A stretch of 64,000 nucleotides of DNA from Candidatus Dormiibacterota bacterium (GTDB lineage Bacteria; Chloroflexota; Dormibacteria; Aeolococcales; Aeolococcaceae). The translations under genes and the position numbers were made by a program. Positions 20,969-32,310 of the stretch are shown one piece after another (the stretch's first letter is position 1; the number at the start of each line of letters is the position of its first letter). The notes under the pieces are model-generated. The model saw only the letters and a program-made list of their open reading frames with translations, was not told the origin of the DNA and ran no database searches. Location of the stretch: NCBI GenBank assembly GCA_963800175.1, contig CAWCZS010000002.1:2305695-2369694 (forward strand), read 5' to 3'.

Positions 20969-22361
20969 TCATCCGCCCGCGGCGGCTCGGCGCGTTCGGG
21001 CGACGAGGGTGCGCGCGCGGGTGAGCTGGCGGCTGACCGACTTTGGGCCTGGGCCGCCGGGGACGTCGCGGCGGCGGAGGGCGGCGTTCGGGTCGAACAG
21101 GCGGATGACGTTGGGAGTGAAGCGATCGGATGCCGCTTGCCACTCTTCGAAGCTGAGGTCGGCGAGGGTGCGGCCGGCGGCGAGTGTCTGGGCTACCACG
21201 GCGCCGACGATCATGTGGGCTTCGCGGAACGGCACGCCGTTGGCGACGAGGTGCTCGGCGATGTCGGTGGCCTGCAATGCGGGGTCGGATGCGGCGGTGC
21301 GCATCGTGTCAGTGTCGAAGTGCACGACGGTGATGACTTCGGTGAGCATTCGCAGCGTTGCGGCGGTCGTGTCCACCGCGTCGAAGAGCGGCTCCTTGTC
21401 CTCCTGAAGATCGCGGTTGTACGTCAGCGGCAAACCCTTGAGGACGGTGAGCAGTGCGACGACATCGCCGATCACTCGGCCGCTCCGTCCGCGCGCGAGC
21501 TCCGCGACGTCGGCGTTCTTCTTCTGCGGCATCAGCGACGAGCCGGTTGCGTGACTGTCAGGGAGGCTCGCAAAGCCGAATTCGGCGCTCGACCACAGCA
21601 CCAATTCCTCGCCGAGACGCGAGCAGTGCACCATCGTGAGCGCGCAGGCGGCGGTGATCTCGACGGCGAAATCCCTGTCGGACACTGCATCCATGCTGTT
21701 GGACGCGATCCGTCCGAAAGCCGAGCTCGTGGGCCACACGCTCGCGATCGAGCGGCAGCGTTGAGCCGGCAAGCGCGCCGCTGCCGAGCGGCAATTCGTC
21801 GCATGCGACTCGCGCAGCGCCGAGACGGATCGCGTCGCGAGCGAACATCTCGACGTACGCGAGGAGGTGGTGCGCAAGGGAGACGACCTGCGCGCGCTGC
21901 AGATGCGTGTAGCCGGGTATCGGATCCTTCCGATGCTCCGCCGCGCGGGTCACCAGCGCATCCTGCAGGCCGGCGAGTGCAATCAGCAGATCGGTGCAGG
22001 CGCGCCGCGCCCACATGCGCAGATCCGTGGCCACCTGGTCGTTGCGGCTTCGCCCCGTGTGCAGCATTCCGGCGACGGGTCCCGCAAGCTCGAAAAGCCT
22101 GCGTTCGACCGCGGTGTGAATGTCCTCGTCGCCCGGCGCAACCGTGAAAGCACCCGACGAAAGCTCGGCCGCGATGGCGCGTAACCCGACGTCGAGGGCG
22201 CGATGCTGCGCCGACGTGAGCACGCCGATGCTCCGCAGCATGCGGGCATGCGCGCGTGACCCCGCAACATCGTCGGCACCAAGGCGCCGGTCGACAGCGA
22301 GGCTCGACGTGTAGTGCTCCACGCGCTCGGACGTCGGCGCGCTGAGGCGGCCGGCCCACAC
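20969..22361 (-). pseudogene. argH: argininosuccinate lyase, frame break ~21718
   Basis: N-half is ORF 21558..22361 (HTGRSRNDQVATD, GYTHLQRAQ). C-half is ORF 20969..21877 (NSMDAVSDRDF, GSSLMPQKKNADVAEL). The junction reads ..HELGF|GRIASNSMD. Confidence 0.88.
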
Positions 22362-22394
22362 CTTGGTCGCGCGTGCGCTCCGCGCGCCGGCTGG

Positions 22395-23634
<1,240 letters not shown>

Positions 23635-23638
<4 letters not shown>

Positions 23639-24132
23639 GCGTCCTCCTCGGACATCGAGTTGAGGCGGAGCAGCAGCCGTTGCGCGGCGGGTCGCGAACG
23701 GGCGATGACGAGCACGGTGTCGTCGCCGGCGATGGTGCCGGCGACTTCCTCAAACCGCGAGCCGTCGAGCGCGCCGCCGACCAGTGGCGCGCATCCCGGG
23801 GCGGTGTGGACGATGCCGAACAGATCCACGAACTCGATCCCCTGCACGTGCTCGCGCAGCGCATTGCGCAGGCGCTGCATGGTCTGCTCGGCGTCAAGCT
23901 CGGCGACCGGCGCCATGTAGCGCGGGCCGGCGTCGTCGTGGACTCGGAGCAGACCGAGCTCGCGGATATCGCGGCTGACGGTTGCCTGCGTCACCGGAAA
24001 GCGTCTGCGGTGCAACTCCGCCACGAGATCCTCCTGGGTACGGATGACGCCACCTCGAACGAGCGCGAGGATGGCACGGTGGCGCGCGGGTTTCGCGGCA
24101 GGACCGACCACGCGGGCGGCGCTCGCGCTCAT
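23635..24132 (-). CDS. argR: arginine repressor
   Basis: [45 protein letters not shown] winged helix. C-terminal [11 protein letters not shown] oligomerisation/Arg-binding motif. Confidence 0.9.
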
Positions 24133-25355
24133 CCGCCGCCCTCCGCTGCCGCAACGGTGTCGAACGCCGCGCTCAGCCGCTGCACCGCGATGTCGATCTC
24201 ATCGCGCGTGATGATCAGCGGCGGCACGAGCCGGAGCGTGCGATCGCCGATCGCGTTGACGATGAGCCCGCCATCAAGCGCCGCCTTCGCGACGTCGCGT
24301 GCGATATCACTATCAAGCGCGACACCGAGCATCAGACCGCGGCCGCGTATCCCTGCAATCGGCGCGCCGCGATCCGCGAGTGCACTCAACGACTCGGCGA
24401 GGTAGTCACCGACCTCGGCGGCGTGGTCGACGAGCCCTTCGCTCGTGATGGTGCGCATCACCGCGACCGCTGCCGCGGACGCAAGCGGCCCGCCGCCGAA
24501 TGTGGAACCGTGGTCGCCGGGCTCGAAGACGTCGGCGCGCGGCGCGGCGAGGATGGCGCCGATGGGAACACCGCCCCCTAGACCTTTGGCGACCGTCATC
24601 ACATCGGGCGCGGCGTCCTCGTGCTGATACGCCCACCAGCGGCCGGTACGGCCCATGCCGGTCTGGACTTCGTCGAGGATGAGCAGCACGTTGCGCTCGT
24701 CACAGAGCCTGCGGATCGCTGCGAGACGGCCCGGAGCAAGCGGGATGACTCCGCTCTCACCTTCGATCGGCTCGAGCATGACGGCACACGTCGCGGCATC
24801 GATTGCCTGCTCGAGCGCTCCGAGATCGTCGTACGGGACATGCACGAATCCTTTGGGGAGTGGCTCGAACTGCTTGCGGTATCGAGGGTTTGCGGTCGCC
24901 GCGAGCGCGCCCATGGTCCGTCCGTGGAAGGCGCCCTGCGCGCAGACGATGACGTGCGCACCGTCGCGATTGCGCTTGCCCCACTTGCGCGCGAGCTTGA
25001 TCGCGCCCTCATTTGCCTCGGCCCCGCTGTTGCAGAAGAACACGCGCGACGGAAAGGCCAACTCGATCAACAGTTCCGCAAGCTCGAGCTGCGGTGCCGT
25101 GTAATACAGGTTGCTGGTGTGCATCAGCGCGCCGGCCTGCTCGGCTATCGCCTGGCGCAGCGCCGGATGATTGTGGCCGAGCACGTTCACAGCGATGCCT
25201 GCAACGAGGTCGAGATACTCGCGCCCGTCCTCGCCGGTGACCCAGACGCCATTGCCGCTGCGTATCGCGAGCGGCTGGCGCTGATACGTGTCCATCAGCG
25301 CAGCCTTGGCTCGCTCGGCGAGCGTCGCCGCTGCGGGCGTTGCGCTTGTGGTCAC
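24129..25355 (-). CDS. argD: acetylornithine aminotransferase
   Basis: Class III PLP aminotransferase: NSGAEANEGAIKLAR, LILDEVQTGMGRTG, TVAKGLGGG (PLP Lys). 408 aa. Operon context. Confidence 0.9.
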   Translation of the reverse strand: MTTSATPAAATLAERAKAALMDTYQRQPLAIRSGNGVWVTGEDGREYLDLVAGIAVNVLGHNHPALRQAIAEQAGALMHTSNLYYTAPQLELAELLIELAFPSRVFFCNSGAEANEGAIKLARKWGKRNRDGAHVIVCAQGAFHGRTMGALAATANPRYRKQFEPLPKGFVHVPYDDLGALEQAIDAATCAVMLEPIEGESGVIPLAPGRLAAIRRLCDERNVLLILDEVQTGMGRTGRWWAYQHEDAAPDVMTVAKGLGGGVPIGAILAAPRADVFEPGDHGSTFGGGPLASAAAVAVMRTITSEGLVDHAAEVGDYLAESLSALADRGAPIAGIRGRGLMLGVALDSDIARDVAKAALDGGLIVNAIGDRTLRLVPPLIITRDEIDIAVQRLSAAFDTVAAAEGGG

Positions 25356-26228
25356 GTGACGGTCGTCTCCGTGAGCATCGTGCCGACGCCTTGCTCGGTG
25401 AGCAGTTCGAGCAGGAGCGCGTGCGGCACGCGCGCATCGATGATGTGCGTGGCCGAGCCGCCCTCGGTGGCGCGAATCGCCGCCGCAACCTTGGGAATCA
25501 TGCCGTCGCGGATGACGCCGTTGTCGAGCAACTCGTTGGCCTGCGCCGCGTCGAGCTTGCTGATCAGCGCGCCGTCACCATCGCGCACACCCTCGACATC
25601 GGTCATGAGGATGAGCTTGCTGGCGTGCAGCGCCACCGCGAGCTCGGCGGCGACGGTATCCGCATTCACGTTGTACGCCTGGCCGTCGTAACCGAGGCCG
25701 ATGGACGCCATCACCGGGATCCGTCCCTGGTCGAGGATCGCCATGATCGGCTCGCCGTTGACCTGCGCGACCTCTCCGACGAAGCCGAGGTCGGCGCCCC
25801 CGGAGTTGGTACGCGGACGCACGAGCAACGTCGGGTCCGTCCTCACCGGACAGCCCGATCGCGCCGGCGCCGAGTGTGTGGATGCGCGAGACGATGTCGG
25901 GACCGACCTTGCCGGTCAGCACCATCTTCGCGATCTCCATCGTCGGCGCATCGGTGACCCGAAGCCCGTTGACGAACTTCGTCTCGATGCCCATGCGTTC
26001 CTGCCACGCGCTGATCTCCGAGCCACCGCCATGCACGATTACCGGCCGCATGCCGACGAAGCGCAGAAGCACCACGTCCTCGAGCAGCGCATCGAGGTCA
26101 GCGGCGGCACCTGCGGCACCGCCGACCTTGATGACCAGGATGTGACCCGCGAAACGCTTGATATACGGCAGTGCCTCGATGAGCACTTCGGCACGCTGGA
26201 TTCGTTCGTCGATGGTCTGTTCAGGCAT
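25352..26228 (-). pseudogene. argB: acetylglutamate kinase, frame break ~25835
   Basis: N-half is ORF 25575..26228 (LVIKVGGAA..PVIVHGGG). C-half is ORF 25352..25846 (TLLVRPRTNSGGADLGFVGEV..NVNADTVAAELA..LILMTDVEG). Confidence 0.87.
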
Positions 26229-26251
26229 GGTGCGTTGGTGGTTGCTCCGTA

Positions 26252-27487
26252 TCAGGTTGTGTAGTCGGCATTGATGCGTACGTAGTCGGCCGAGAGGTCA
26301 CACCCCCAGGCGTGACCGTCACCGTCGCCGGCACCAAGGTCGATCACGATGTCAAGACGCGGATGCGCGAGCGCGACGCGTATCCGCTCGGGGTCGACCG
26401 GTTCGGGCGCGCCACGGTCGAACACGACGAGCCCGCCGATGGCGACTCGGCAGCGATCGAGCGTGAATGTGGCGCCGCTGCGACCGAGCGCGGCGACGAT
26501 CCGGCCCCAGTTGGGATCGCCACCGTGGATCGCCGTCTTCACCAGCGGGCTCGCGGCGACGATGCGCGCTGCGACGCGCGCCTGGTCCGCATCGGCGGCG
26601 CCGCTGACCGCGACGCGGAAATGCCGCGTGGCGCCCTCGGCGTCGGCGACGAGTTGCTCCGCGAGGGAGTCGCACACCTCGAGGAGAGCCGCCTCGAATG
26701 CGCCGGCCCCGGCCGATCCCTCGACGAACGTTTCGCCACCCGCCGCACCGTTGGCGAGCAGGATGCAACTGTCGTTGGTCGACGTGTCGCCGTCGACGGT
26801 GACGCAGTTGAACGTGCTGTCGGTCACCCGCGACAGTGCCGGCTGGAGCACCGCGGACTCGATGGGCGCATCCGTCGTGAGAAACGCGAGCAACGTGGCC
26901 ATGTCGGGGTGGAGCATGCCCGCGCCTTTCGCGGTGCCGCCGACTGTGTACGTGATCCCGCCCACTGTGAACGTCGCCTCGGCAACCTTGGGAACGGTGT
27001 CGGTGGTCATGATCGCGCGCGCGACGTCGCCACCCGCGCCCGGCGACATGGACAGCGCCGCTGCGCGGACGCCGCGGACAACGCGATCCATCGGCATCGG
27101 ACGGCCGATGACGCCGGTGCTGCACACGAGCACATCGCTCGGGTCGAGATCGAGCGCGTCGCCCGCGGTGGTGCACATCACCAGCGCATCCCGGAATCCC
27201 TGCGCGCCGGTGCATGCATTGGCGTTGCCGGCGTTGACGACAACGGCGGAGATCGGCGTGCCGCGGCGCAGCGTGAGTTGCGAGATGACGACCGGCGCAG
27301 CTTTGACGGTATTGCGCGTGAAGACTCCCGCTGCGGCAGCAGGCGTATCCGAGCGAATCACCGCGATGTCGGTGCGCGTCTCGTCACCGTCGCCACGGAT
27401 TCCTGCCGCGGCGACACCACCACGGAAACCGAGTGGCGCGCAGACGCCGGAGCGAGTGTGCGCGGCGACGGGCGCGCTCATGGCCAC
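26252..27487 (-). CDS. argJ: bifunctional glutamate N-acetyltransferase / amino-acid acetyltransferase
   Basis: NAGNANACTG, the autoproteolytic site region KGAGMLHPDMATLLAF, and INADYTT C-terminus. 411 aa. Confidence 0.92.
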   Translation of the reverse strand: MAMSAPVAAHTRSGVCAPLGFRGGVAAAGIRGDGDETRTDIAVIRSDTPAAAAGVFTRNTVKAAPVVISQLTLRRGTPISAVVVNAGNANACTGAQGFRDALVMCTTAGDALDLDPSDVLVCSTGVIGRPMPMDRVVRGVRAAALSMSPGAGGDVARAIMTTDTVPKVAEATFTVGGITYTVGGTAKGAGMLHPDMATLLAFLTTDAPIESAVLQPALSRVTDSTFNCVTVDGDTSTNDSCILLANGAAGGETFVEGSAGAGAFEAALLEVCDSLAEQLVADAEGATRHFRVAVSGAADADQARVAARIVAASPLVKTAIHGGDPNWGRIVAALGRSGATFTLDRCRVAIGGLVVFDRGAPEPVDPERIRVALAHPRLDIVIDLGAGDGDGHAWGCDLSADYVRINADYTT

Positions 27488-28503
27488 AGGACGCGGGACT
27501 CCAGCCCGGCCGTCTCGTCAAATCCGAATCGGATGTTCATGGCATGCACCGCCTGTCCGCCGCCACCCTTGCCGAGATTGTCGATCGCGACGGTGATGAC
27601 CGCCACGCCGTCCTGCCAGCCCGCGTGGATTGCGGCGCGGTTGGTACCGGTGACCGTCTTGGTGGCTGGCGGCTTGTGCGCGTGGTCGAGAAACGGGCTC
27701 GTCGCGCAGAACGACTCGTAGACGTCGTGGAACTGCGCCTCGGTGACGCCAGGACGCGGGCGCAGATATGCGGTGGCGAGGATGCCGCGCGTCATCGGGA
27801 TCAGATGCGGAACGAACGTGAGCTGGATGTCGCCGCCCGCGGCATCACGCATCTGCTCGAGCATCTCCGACTTGTGGCGGTGCCCCGAGACGCCATATGC
27901 GTGCACGGACTCGTTGACTTCCGAGAAGAGATTGGCGACCTTCGCCTCGCGACCCGCGCCGCTGACACCACTCTTGGCGTCGACGATGATGTCCGACTCG
28001 ATCAACCCGGCACGGAGTGCGGGGACACACGCAAGCAGCGCTGCCGTCGGATAGCAACCGGGGACGGAGATGAGATTGGCGCAGGCCAGGCGATCGCGCT
28101 GCAGCTCGACCATCGCGTAGACGGCTTCATCGAGCAGGTCCGGCGACGGATGCTCGACGCCGTACCACTGCCGGTATGCGGCGGCGTCATGGAGGCGGAA
28201 GTCCGCCGAGCAGTCGATGACTGTCGCGCCGCCCGCGAGCCAAGCGGGCGCGAGTGAAGCGGCGACAGTGTGCGGCAGTGCGGCGACGATCACATCGACG
28301 TCCCCGGGGTCGACGCTGTCCTCGATGGTCAGGTCGACAGGACTTCCGGGAACAACGTCGGAGTACCGCTTTCCCGCGCTGCTGTTCCCGAGGACCTTGG
28401 TGAGCGACACGTTCGGATGGCCGGCGAGCAGGGCGGTGCACTGCATGCCGATGTATCCGGTCGAACCGGCGACGGCAGCGCGCAACGGTGTCGCATGGGG
28501 CAT
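27478..28503 (-). CDS. argC: N-acetyl-gamma-glutamyl-phosphate reductase
   Basis: GSTGYIG NAD motif, catalytic PGCYPTA, and C-terminal NLGKGGGGQAV. 341 aa. First gene of the arg operon. Confidence 0.92.
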   Translation of the reverse strand: MPHATPLRAAVAGSTGYIGMQCTALLAGHPNVSLTKVLGNSSAGKRYSDVVPGSPVDLTIEDSVDPGDVDVIVAALPHTVAASLAPAWLAGGATVIDCSADFRLHDAAAYRQWYGVEHPSPDLLDEAVYAMVELQRDRLACANLISVPGCYPTAALLACVPALRAGLIESDIIVDAKSGVSGAGREAKVANLFSEVNESVHAYGVSGHRHKSEMLEQMRDAAGGDIQLTFVPHLIPMTRGILATAYLRPRPGVTEAQFHDVYESFCATSPFLDHAHKPPATKTVTGTNRAAIHAGWQDGVAVITVAIDNLGKGGGGQAVHAMNIRFGFDETAGLESRVLWP

Positions 28504-28511
28504 GACCGGGT

Positions 28512-28542
28512 ATTATACAGTCGATACTGCATAGTTATGCAG
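28512..28542 (-). promoter_or_regulatory. argC promoter -10 (TATAAT) plus ARG-box-like palindrome
   Basis: Read on the minus strand: CTGCATA-AC-TATGCAG (28527..28542, perfect 7-2-7 palindrome). TATAAT follows at 28512..28517, ending 8 nt before ATG 28503 with no SD in between. argR is encoded in the same operon. Confidence 0.5.
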
Positions 28543-28567
28543 CGTCGCCGTACGCGCGATCTTCTGG

Positions 28568-30478
28568 TCAGGGCTTGTGAAGTCCCTTGACGCCCAACGT
28601 CCGCTGCCGGGCACGCTCCATGTTCACCGCCGCCCCGACCAGTGCGAGATGCGTGAACGCCTGCGGGAAGTTACCCAGCAGCTGGCCGCTGCGAATGTCC
28701 ACCTCCTCCGAGAAGAGCGCGAGTGGCGAGGCGAAATGGAGCAGGCGCTCGAAGCGGCGCTCCGCCTCTTCGAGCTCGCCGATGTGCGCGAGCGCGTCCA
28801 CCAGCCAGAACGAGCTGAGAAAGAACGCACCCTCCTGACCGCGCAACCCGTCCTCGCTCTCGTCCATGCGATACCGGTTGACGAGCACGCCGTCGCCGAG
28901 ATGTTGCGCGATCGCCCGTACCGTCGAATGGATACGAGGGTCTTTGTCGGCGAGAAAGCGCACCTGGCTGATGCGCAGGATGGACGCGTCGAGTGCGTCA
29001 TCGTCGAACTGCTGCGTGAACGCGCGGCGATGTTCCGACCATCCGCGCGACGTGATCGCCCGGTGAATGCGCAGCCGGGCCCTCTTCCACGCAACCTTGT
29101 CGTACGGAAGGTTGTAGCGATCCGCGATGCGAATGCCGCGGTCGACGGCGACCCAGCACATCATCTTGCTGTACACGTACTGCCGTCGCTCGCTGCGCAC
29201 CTCCCAGATCGACGAGTCCGGCTCCTCCCAGCGTTTGATCGCCATCTCGACGATGTTGCTGAGCTCCTCCCATAGCGTGGCGCTGATGACACCACCGAAA
29301 CGTGCGAACACGTACGCACTGTCGAGCACTTCGCCGTAGACATCGAGCTGCAGCTGATTGACGGCGGCGTTGCCGGTGCGCACAGGTCTCGATCCGCGAT
29401 ATCCCTGGAGATGATCGAGGGTGTGCTCGGGGGCATACGCATGTCCGCTGAGGTCGAAGAGATTGGGAACGTCCATCGCCTTGCGGTCGGCGATGTGACG
29501 ATGCGTGAGCCAGTCGAAGTACGCGGTCGCCTCCGCGGTGAGCCCGAGCTGGAAGAAGGCGTACAGCGTGAACGCGGCATCGCGCAGCCACGTGAAGCGG
29601 TAGTCCCAGTTGCGCTCGCCGCCGATCTCCTCCGGAAGGCTCGTCGTCGGCGCCGCGACGATCGCTCCAGTGGGCGCGTACGTCATGAGCTTCAACGCGA
29701 GCGCCGATCGCCAGACGTGCACCTGGTATGGACCGTGGTAGTCCACCTGGCCGATCCAGCGCCACCAGTAGCGCTGGCTGTCCCGCAGTAGTTCCCGCGC
29801 ACGCTCGACGCTCCACGGCTTGGCGCCGCACTCACCGACCGGGCCTGTGTGGAGCGCGAACGCCGCCGCTTCTGTGGCACGAAGCACAAACGTGTCGTTC
29901 GGGCCGTCGAGGTCGACCGTCGAGCTCATGCAGAGATGCAGCTTCTCGGTGTCCGCGTGGATGTGGCCGTGCTCCACGTTGAGCGATACCGGCGTCCGGG
30001 CGAACCCCGGCTTGGGATCGAAGACCTGGTGCATGGTCATCTCGCCGGCGAGGCACTCGACCAGGCGGATCACACGTGGACGGTTGTGCGGCCTGGCGTG
30101 CTGGACGACGCTGCGTTCGTCGACGGGCATGAAATCCGTGACCACCACAACCCCGGCGCCGGTGGCAAACACGGTGTCGAGGAGGTTGGTCCGGTCCCGA
30201 TATCGCTGATGGACCTCGTGGGGCTCGTCGGGGTGGATTTGCCAGCTGCCGCCCTTGCCCGCGTCGAGGATCCTTCCGAAGAGCGCGTCGTTGTCGAAGC
30301 GCGGCAGGCACAGCCAGTCGATGCTGCCGTCGACACCCACCAGCGCCGCCGAGCGGCAGTCGCCGATCAGCCCGTAGGCCCCGATCGGAAGATACCCGTC
30401 GATCCGCTCATGCGAGACCGGACGACCCCGGGGCTCTGGCCGGCTAGTAGTCGTCCTCGGGTCGGGAGTCATCGTCAT
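28568..30478 (-). CDS. glycoside hydrolase family 15 (glucoamylase/trehalase-like)
   Basis: IGAYGLIGDCRSAALVGVDGSIDWLCLPRFDNDALFGRIL N-domain. (alpha/alpha)6 part with WDYRFTWLRDAAF and ..SLFSEEVD. 636 aa. Confidence 0.85.
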   Translation of the reverse strand: MTMTPDPRTTTSRPEPRGRPVSHERIDGYLPIGAYGLIGDCRSAALVGVDGSIDWLCLPRFDNDALFGRILDAGKGGSWQIHPDEPHEVHQRYRDRTNLLDTVFATGAGVVVVTDFMPVDERSVVQHARPHNRPRVIRLVECLAGEMTMHQVFDPKPGFARTPVSLNVEHGHIHADTEKLHLCMSSTVDLDGPNDTFVLRATEAAAFALHTGPVGECGAKPWSVERARELLRDSQRYWWRWIGQVDYHGPYQVHVWRSALALKLMTYAPTGAIVAAPTTSLPEEIGGERNWDYRFTWLRDAAFTLYAFFQLGLTAEATAYFDWLTHRHIADRKAMDVPNLFDLSGHAYAPEHTLDHLQGYRGSRPVRTGNAAVNQLQLDVYGEVLDSAYVFARFGGVISATLWEELSNIVEMAIKRWEEPDSSIWEVRSERRQYVYSKMMCWVAVDRGIRIADRYNLPYDKVAWKRARLRIHRAITSRGWSEHRRAFTQQFDDDALDASILRISQVRFLADKDPRIHSTVRAIAQHLGDGVLVNRYRMDESEDGLRGQEGAFFLSSFWLVDALAHIGELEEAERRFERLLHFASPLALFSEEVDIRSGQLLGNFPQAFTHLALVGAAVNMERARQRTLGVKGLHKP

Positions 30479-31340
30479 CGTCGTTATCGCGTACCGGCGG
30501 CGCGTCCTCGGCGTCCGACTCGAACGTGCTCATGCCGAGCTCGCCGAGATCGTCCTCGGTCTCATCAGCCGCGGGGCGCCCGATGATCTCCTCGCCATCG
30601 TCGTCGAGCGGGCTCGAATCGATCTCGCGGGACGCCAGGAGGGAATCCTTGGCGTACGGGCGGAATTCCTCGCGACGGCCGCCCTTGGCGAGCGGGAAGG
30701 ACGACTTCCTGGCGTTCTCGGCCGCCTGATAGGTCTCGCGGAGGATGATCTCGACGCGCTCGTCCTCGAGCCGCGCCACCGCGGCGGAGTAGCGGTTGCC
30801 CGTCTCCATGAGCGGGACGAGCCGGCGGGCGATCTTGGTGTCCACCTCGCCGAGCGAGACGCCGCGCGACGTCTGCGCCCGGAGTGTCGACCCCTCGCGA
30901 TACAGCTCCACCACGTCACCCGGGGCGATCGAGACGGTGGCGTTTTTCGAGGGCGCGCTGAGCACCGTGATGGCGCTCTTGCCGGGCTCCTCGGTGAACA
31001 GCTCCACGTCGATCGCGGCTGCCGAGCCCGCGGCCGTGCTCTTGCTCTCCAGCATCGCGGTGAGCTTGCGCACGTTCTTCTGGGCGATCAGGTTGAGCGG
31101 GTTCATCTGCAGCGAGGTCGAATACGACGCGAGCGCGTCCTCGCGCTGACCAAGCTCCATGAGGGCTTTGCCGATACGGTTCAGCGTGTCCTCGTCGGCG
31201 CCATGACGCTCGACCAGGGCCTGGTTCACGGCCAGCGCCTCCGGCCAACGGCTTTCGAGCGCAAGCGCGATAGCCTCATCAACGAACAGGCTGCGAGGCT
31301 TCACACGTTCTTCAGACACCAAACACCACTCCGGATTCAA
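30444..31340 (-). CDS. TPR-containing protein with beta-rich middle region and poly-acidic tail (function unknown)
   Basis: TPR-like helices (ALAVNQALVERHGADEDTLNRIGKALMELGQREDALASYSTSLQMNP). Tail DNDDDDDSRPEDDY. The stop lies inside the GH15 start region (35-nt overlap). Start uncertain (TTG 31340 / GTG 31319). Confidence 0.55.
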   Translation of the reverse strand: MNPEWCLVSEERVKPRSLFVDEAIALALESRWPEALAVNQALVERHGADEDTLNRIGKALMELGQREDALASYSTSLQMNPLNLIAQKNVRKLTAMLESKSTAAGSAAAIDVELFTEEPGKSAITVLSAPSKNATVSIAPGDVVELYREGSTLRAQTSRGVSLGEVDTKIARRLVPLMETGNRYSAAVARLEDERVEIILRETYQAAENARKSSFPLAKGGRREEFRPYAKDSLLASREIDSSPLDDDGEEIIGRPAADETEDDLGELGMSTFESDAEDAPPVRDNDDDDDSRPEDDY

Positions 31341-31467
31341 GGGTCAATGACCGCTGCGAGTGCGCTCGCTCCCGACCCACGGCCGAGAGAGGCAATCGGG
31401 TTCGCTATGATACCTGCTCAGTGAGGCGCGTCCGTTCCCTTTGCGACTTCTTGACACCGCGCCAGCC

Positions 31468-32310
31468 ATGACGCGGATCATTTCGGTCGCCAATCAGAAG
31501 GGTGGGGTCGGCAAGACGACCACCGCCGTGAACCTCGCGGCAGCCATCGCCGAGGCGGGTCCAAAAGTCCTCGCGATCGATCTCGATCCGCAGGGCCATC
31601 TCACCATCAACATGGGCTGCCGGCGGCCCGATGAGCTGGAGCGGACGATCTACGACCTGCTCACGGACCATCGCGTCAACGTCTCCGACGTGCTGTTGCA
31701 CTCCGAAGGCATGGGCCTCGACTTCATCCCCGCCAACATCGACCTCAGCGGCGCCGAGCTCCAGCTCGTCACCGAGTTCGGCCGCGAGTCGATCCTCAAG
31801 GAGAAGCTCGAGCCGATCGACGGGAAGTACGACTACGTCGTCATCGACTGCCCGCCGTCGCTCGGCCTGCTCTGCATCAACGCGCTGGTTGCTTCGACGG
31901 ACGTGATCATCCCGCTCCAGTGCGAGTACTTCGGCATGAAGGGGATGCAGCAGTTGCAGCGCACCATCGATCGCGTGCGCGCAAAGCTGAACAGCCACCT
32001 GCGCGTTGCAGGCATTCTGCCGACGCTGTACAAGTCGCGCACACTGCACAGCCAGGAGGTCCTCGACCTCGTCAAAAGTGCGTATCCCGACCTGGTCTTT
32101 CCGATCACCGTCGACTCCTCGATCCGGTTCGCCGAGACCCCTCTCGCGGGCCAGTCGATCCTCGAGTACGCCCCGAACTCGCCTGGGGCTCGCTCCTACC
32201 GGGCTCTCGCCAAGGCCGTCATCGCCCAGGATCGTGGCGACGATGACTCCATCGAGGTCTCCGGGAGCGCGGAACGTCCACGCGAGCGGGTGCGCGCGGC
32301 ACGAGCGTGA
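31468..32310 (+). CDS. ParA/Soj-family P-loop ATPase (orphan, no parB nearby)
   Basis: Deviant Walker A IISVANQKGGVGKTTT. DLDPQGH, VVIDCPPSLG, SIRFAETPLAGQSILEY. Confidence 0.88.
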   Translation: MTRIISVANQKGGVGKTTTAVNLAAAIAEAGPKVLAIDLDPQGHLTINMGCRRPDELERTIYDLLTDHRVNVSDVLLHSEGMGLDFIPANIDLSGAELQLVTEFGRESILKEKLEPIDGKYDYVVIDCPPSLGLLCINALVASTDVIIPLQCEYFGMKGMQQLQRTIDRVRAKLNSHLRVAGILPTLYKSRTLHSQEVLDLVKSAYPDLVFPITVDSSIRFAETPLAGQSILEYAPNSPGARSYRALAKAVIAQDRGDDDSIEVSGSAERPRERVRAARA

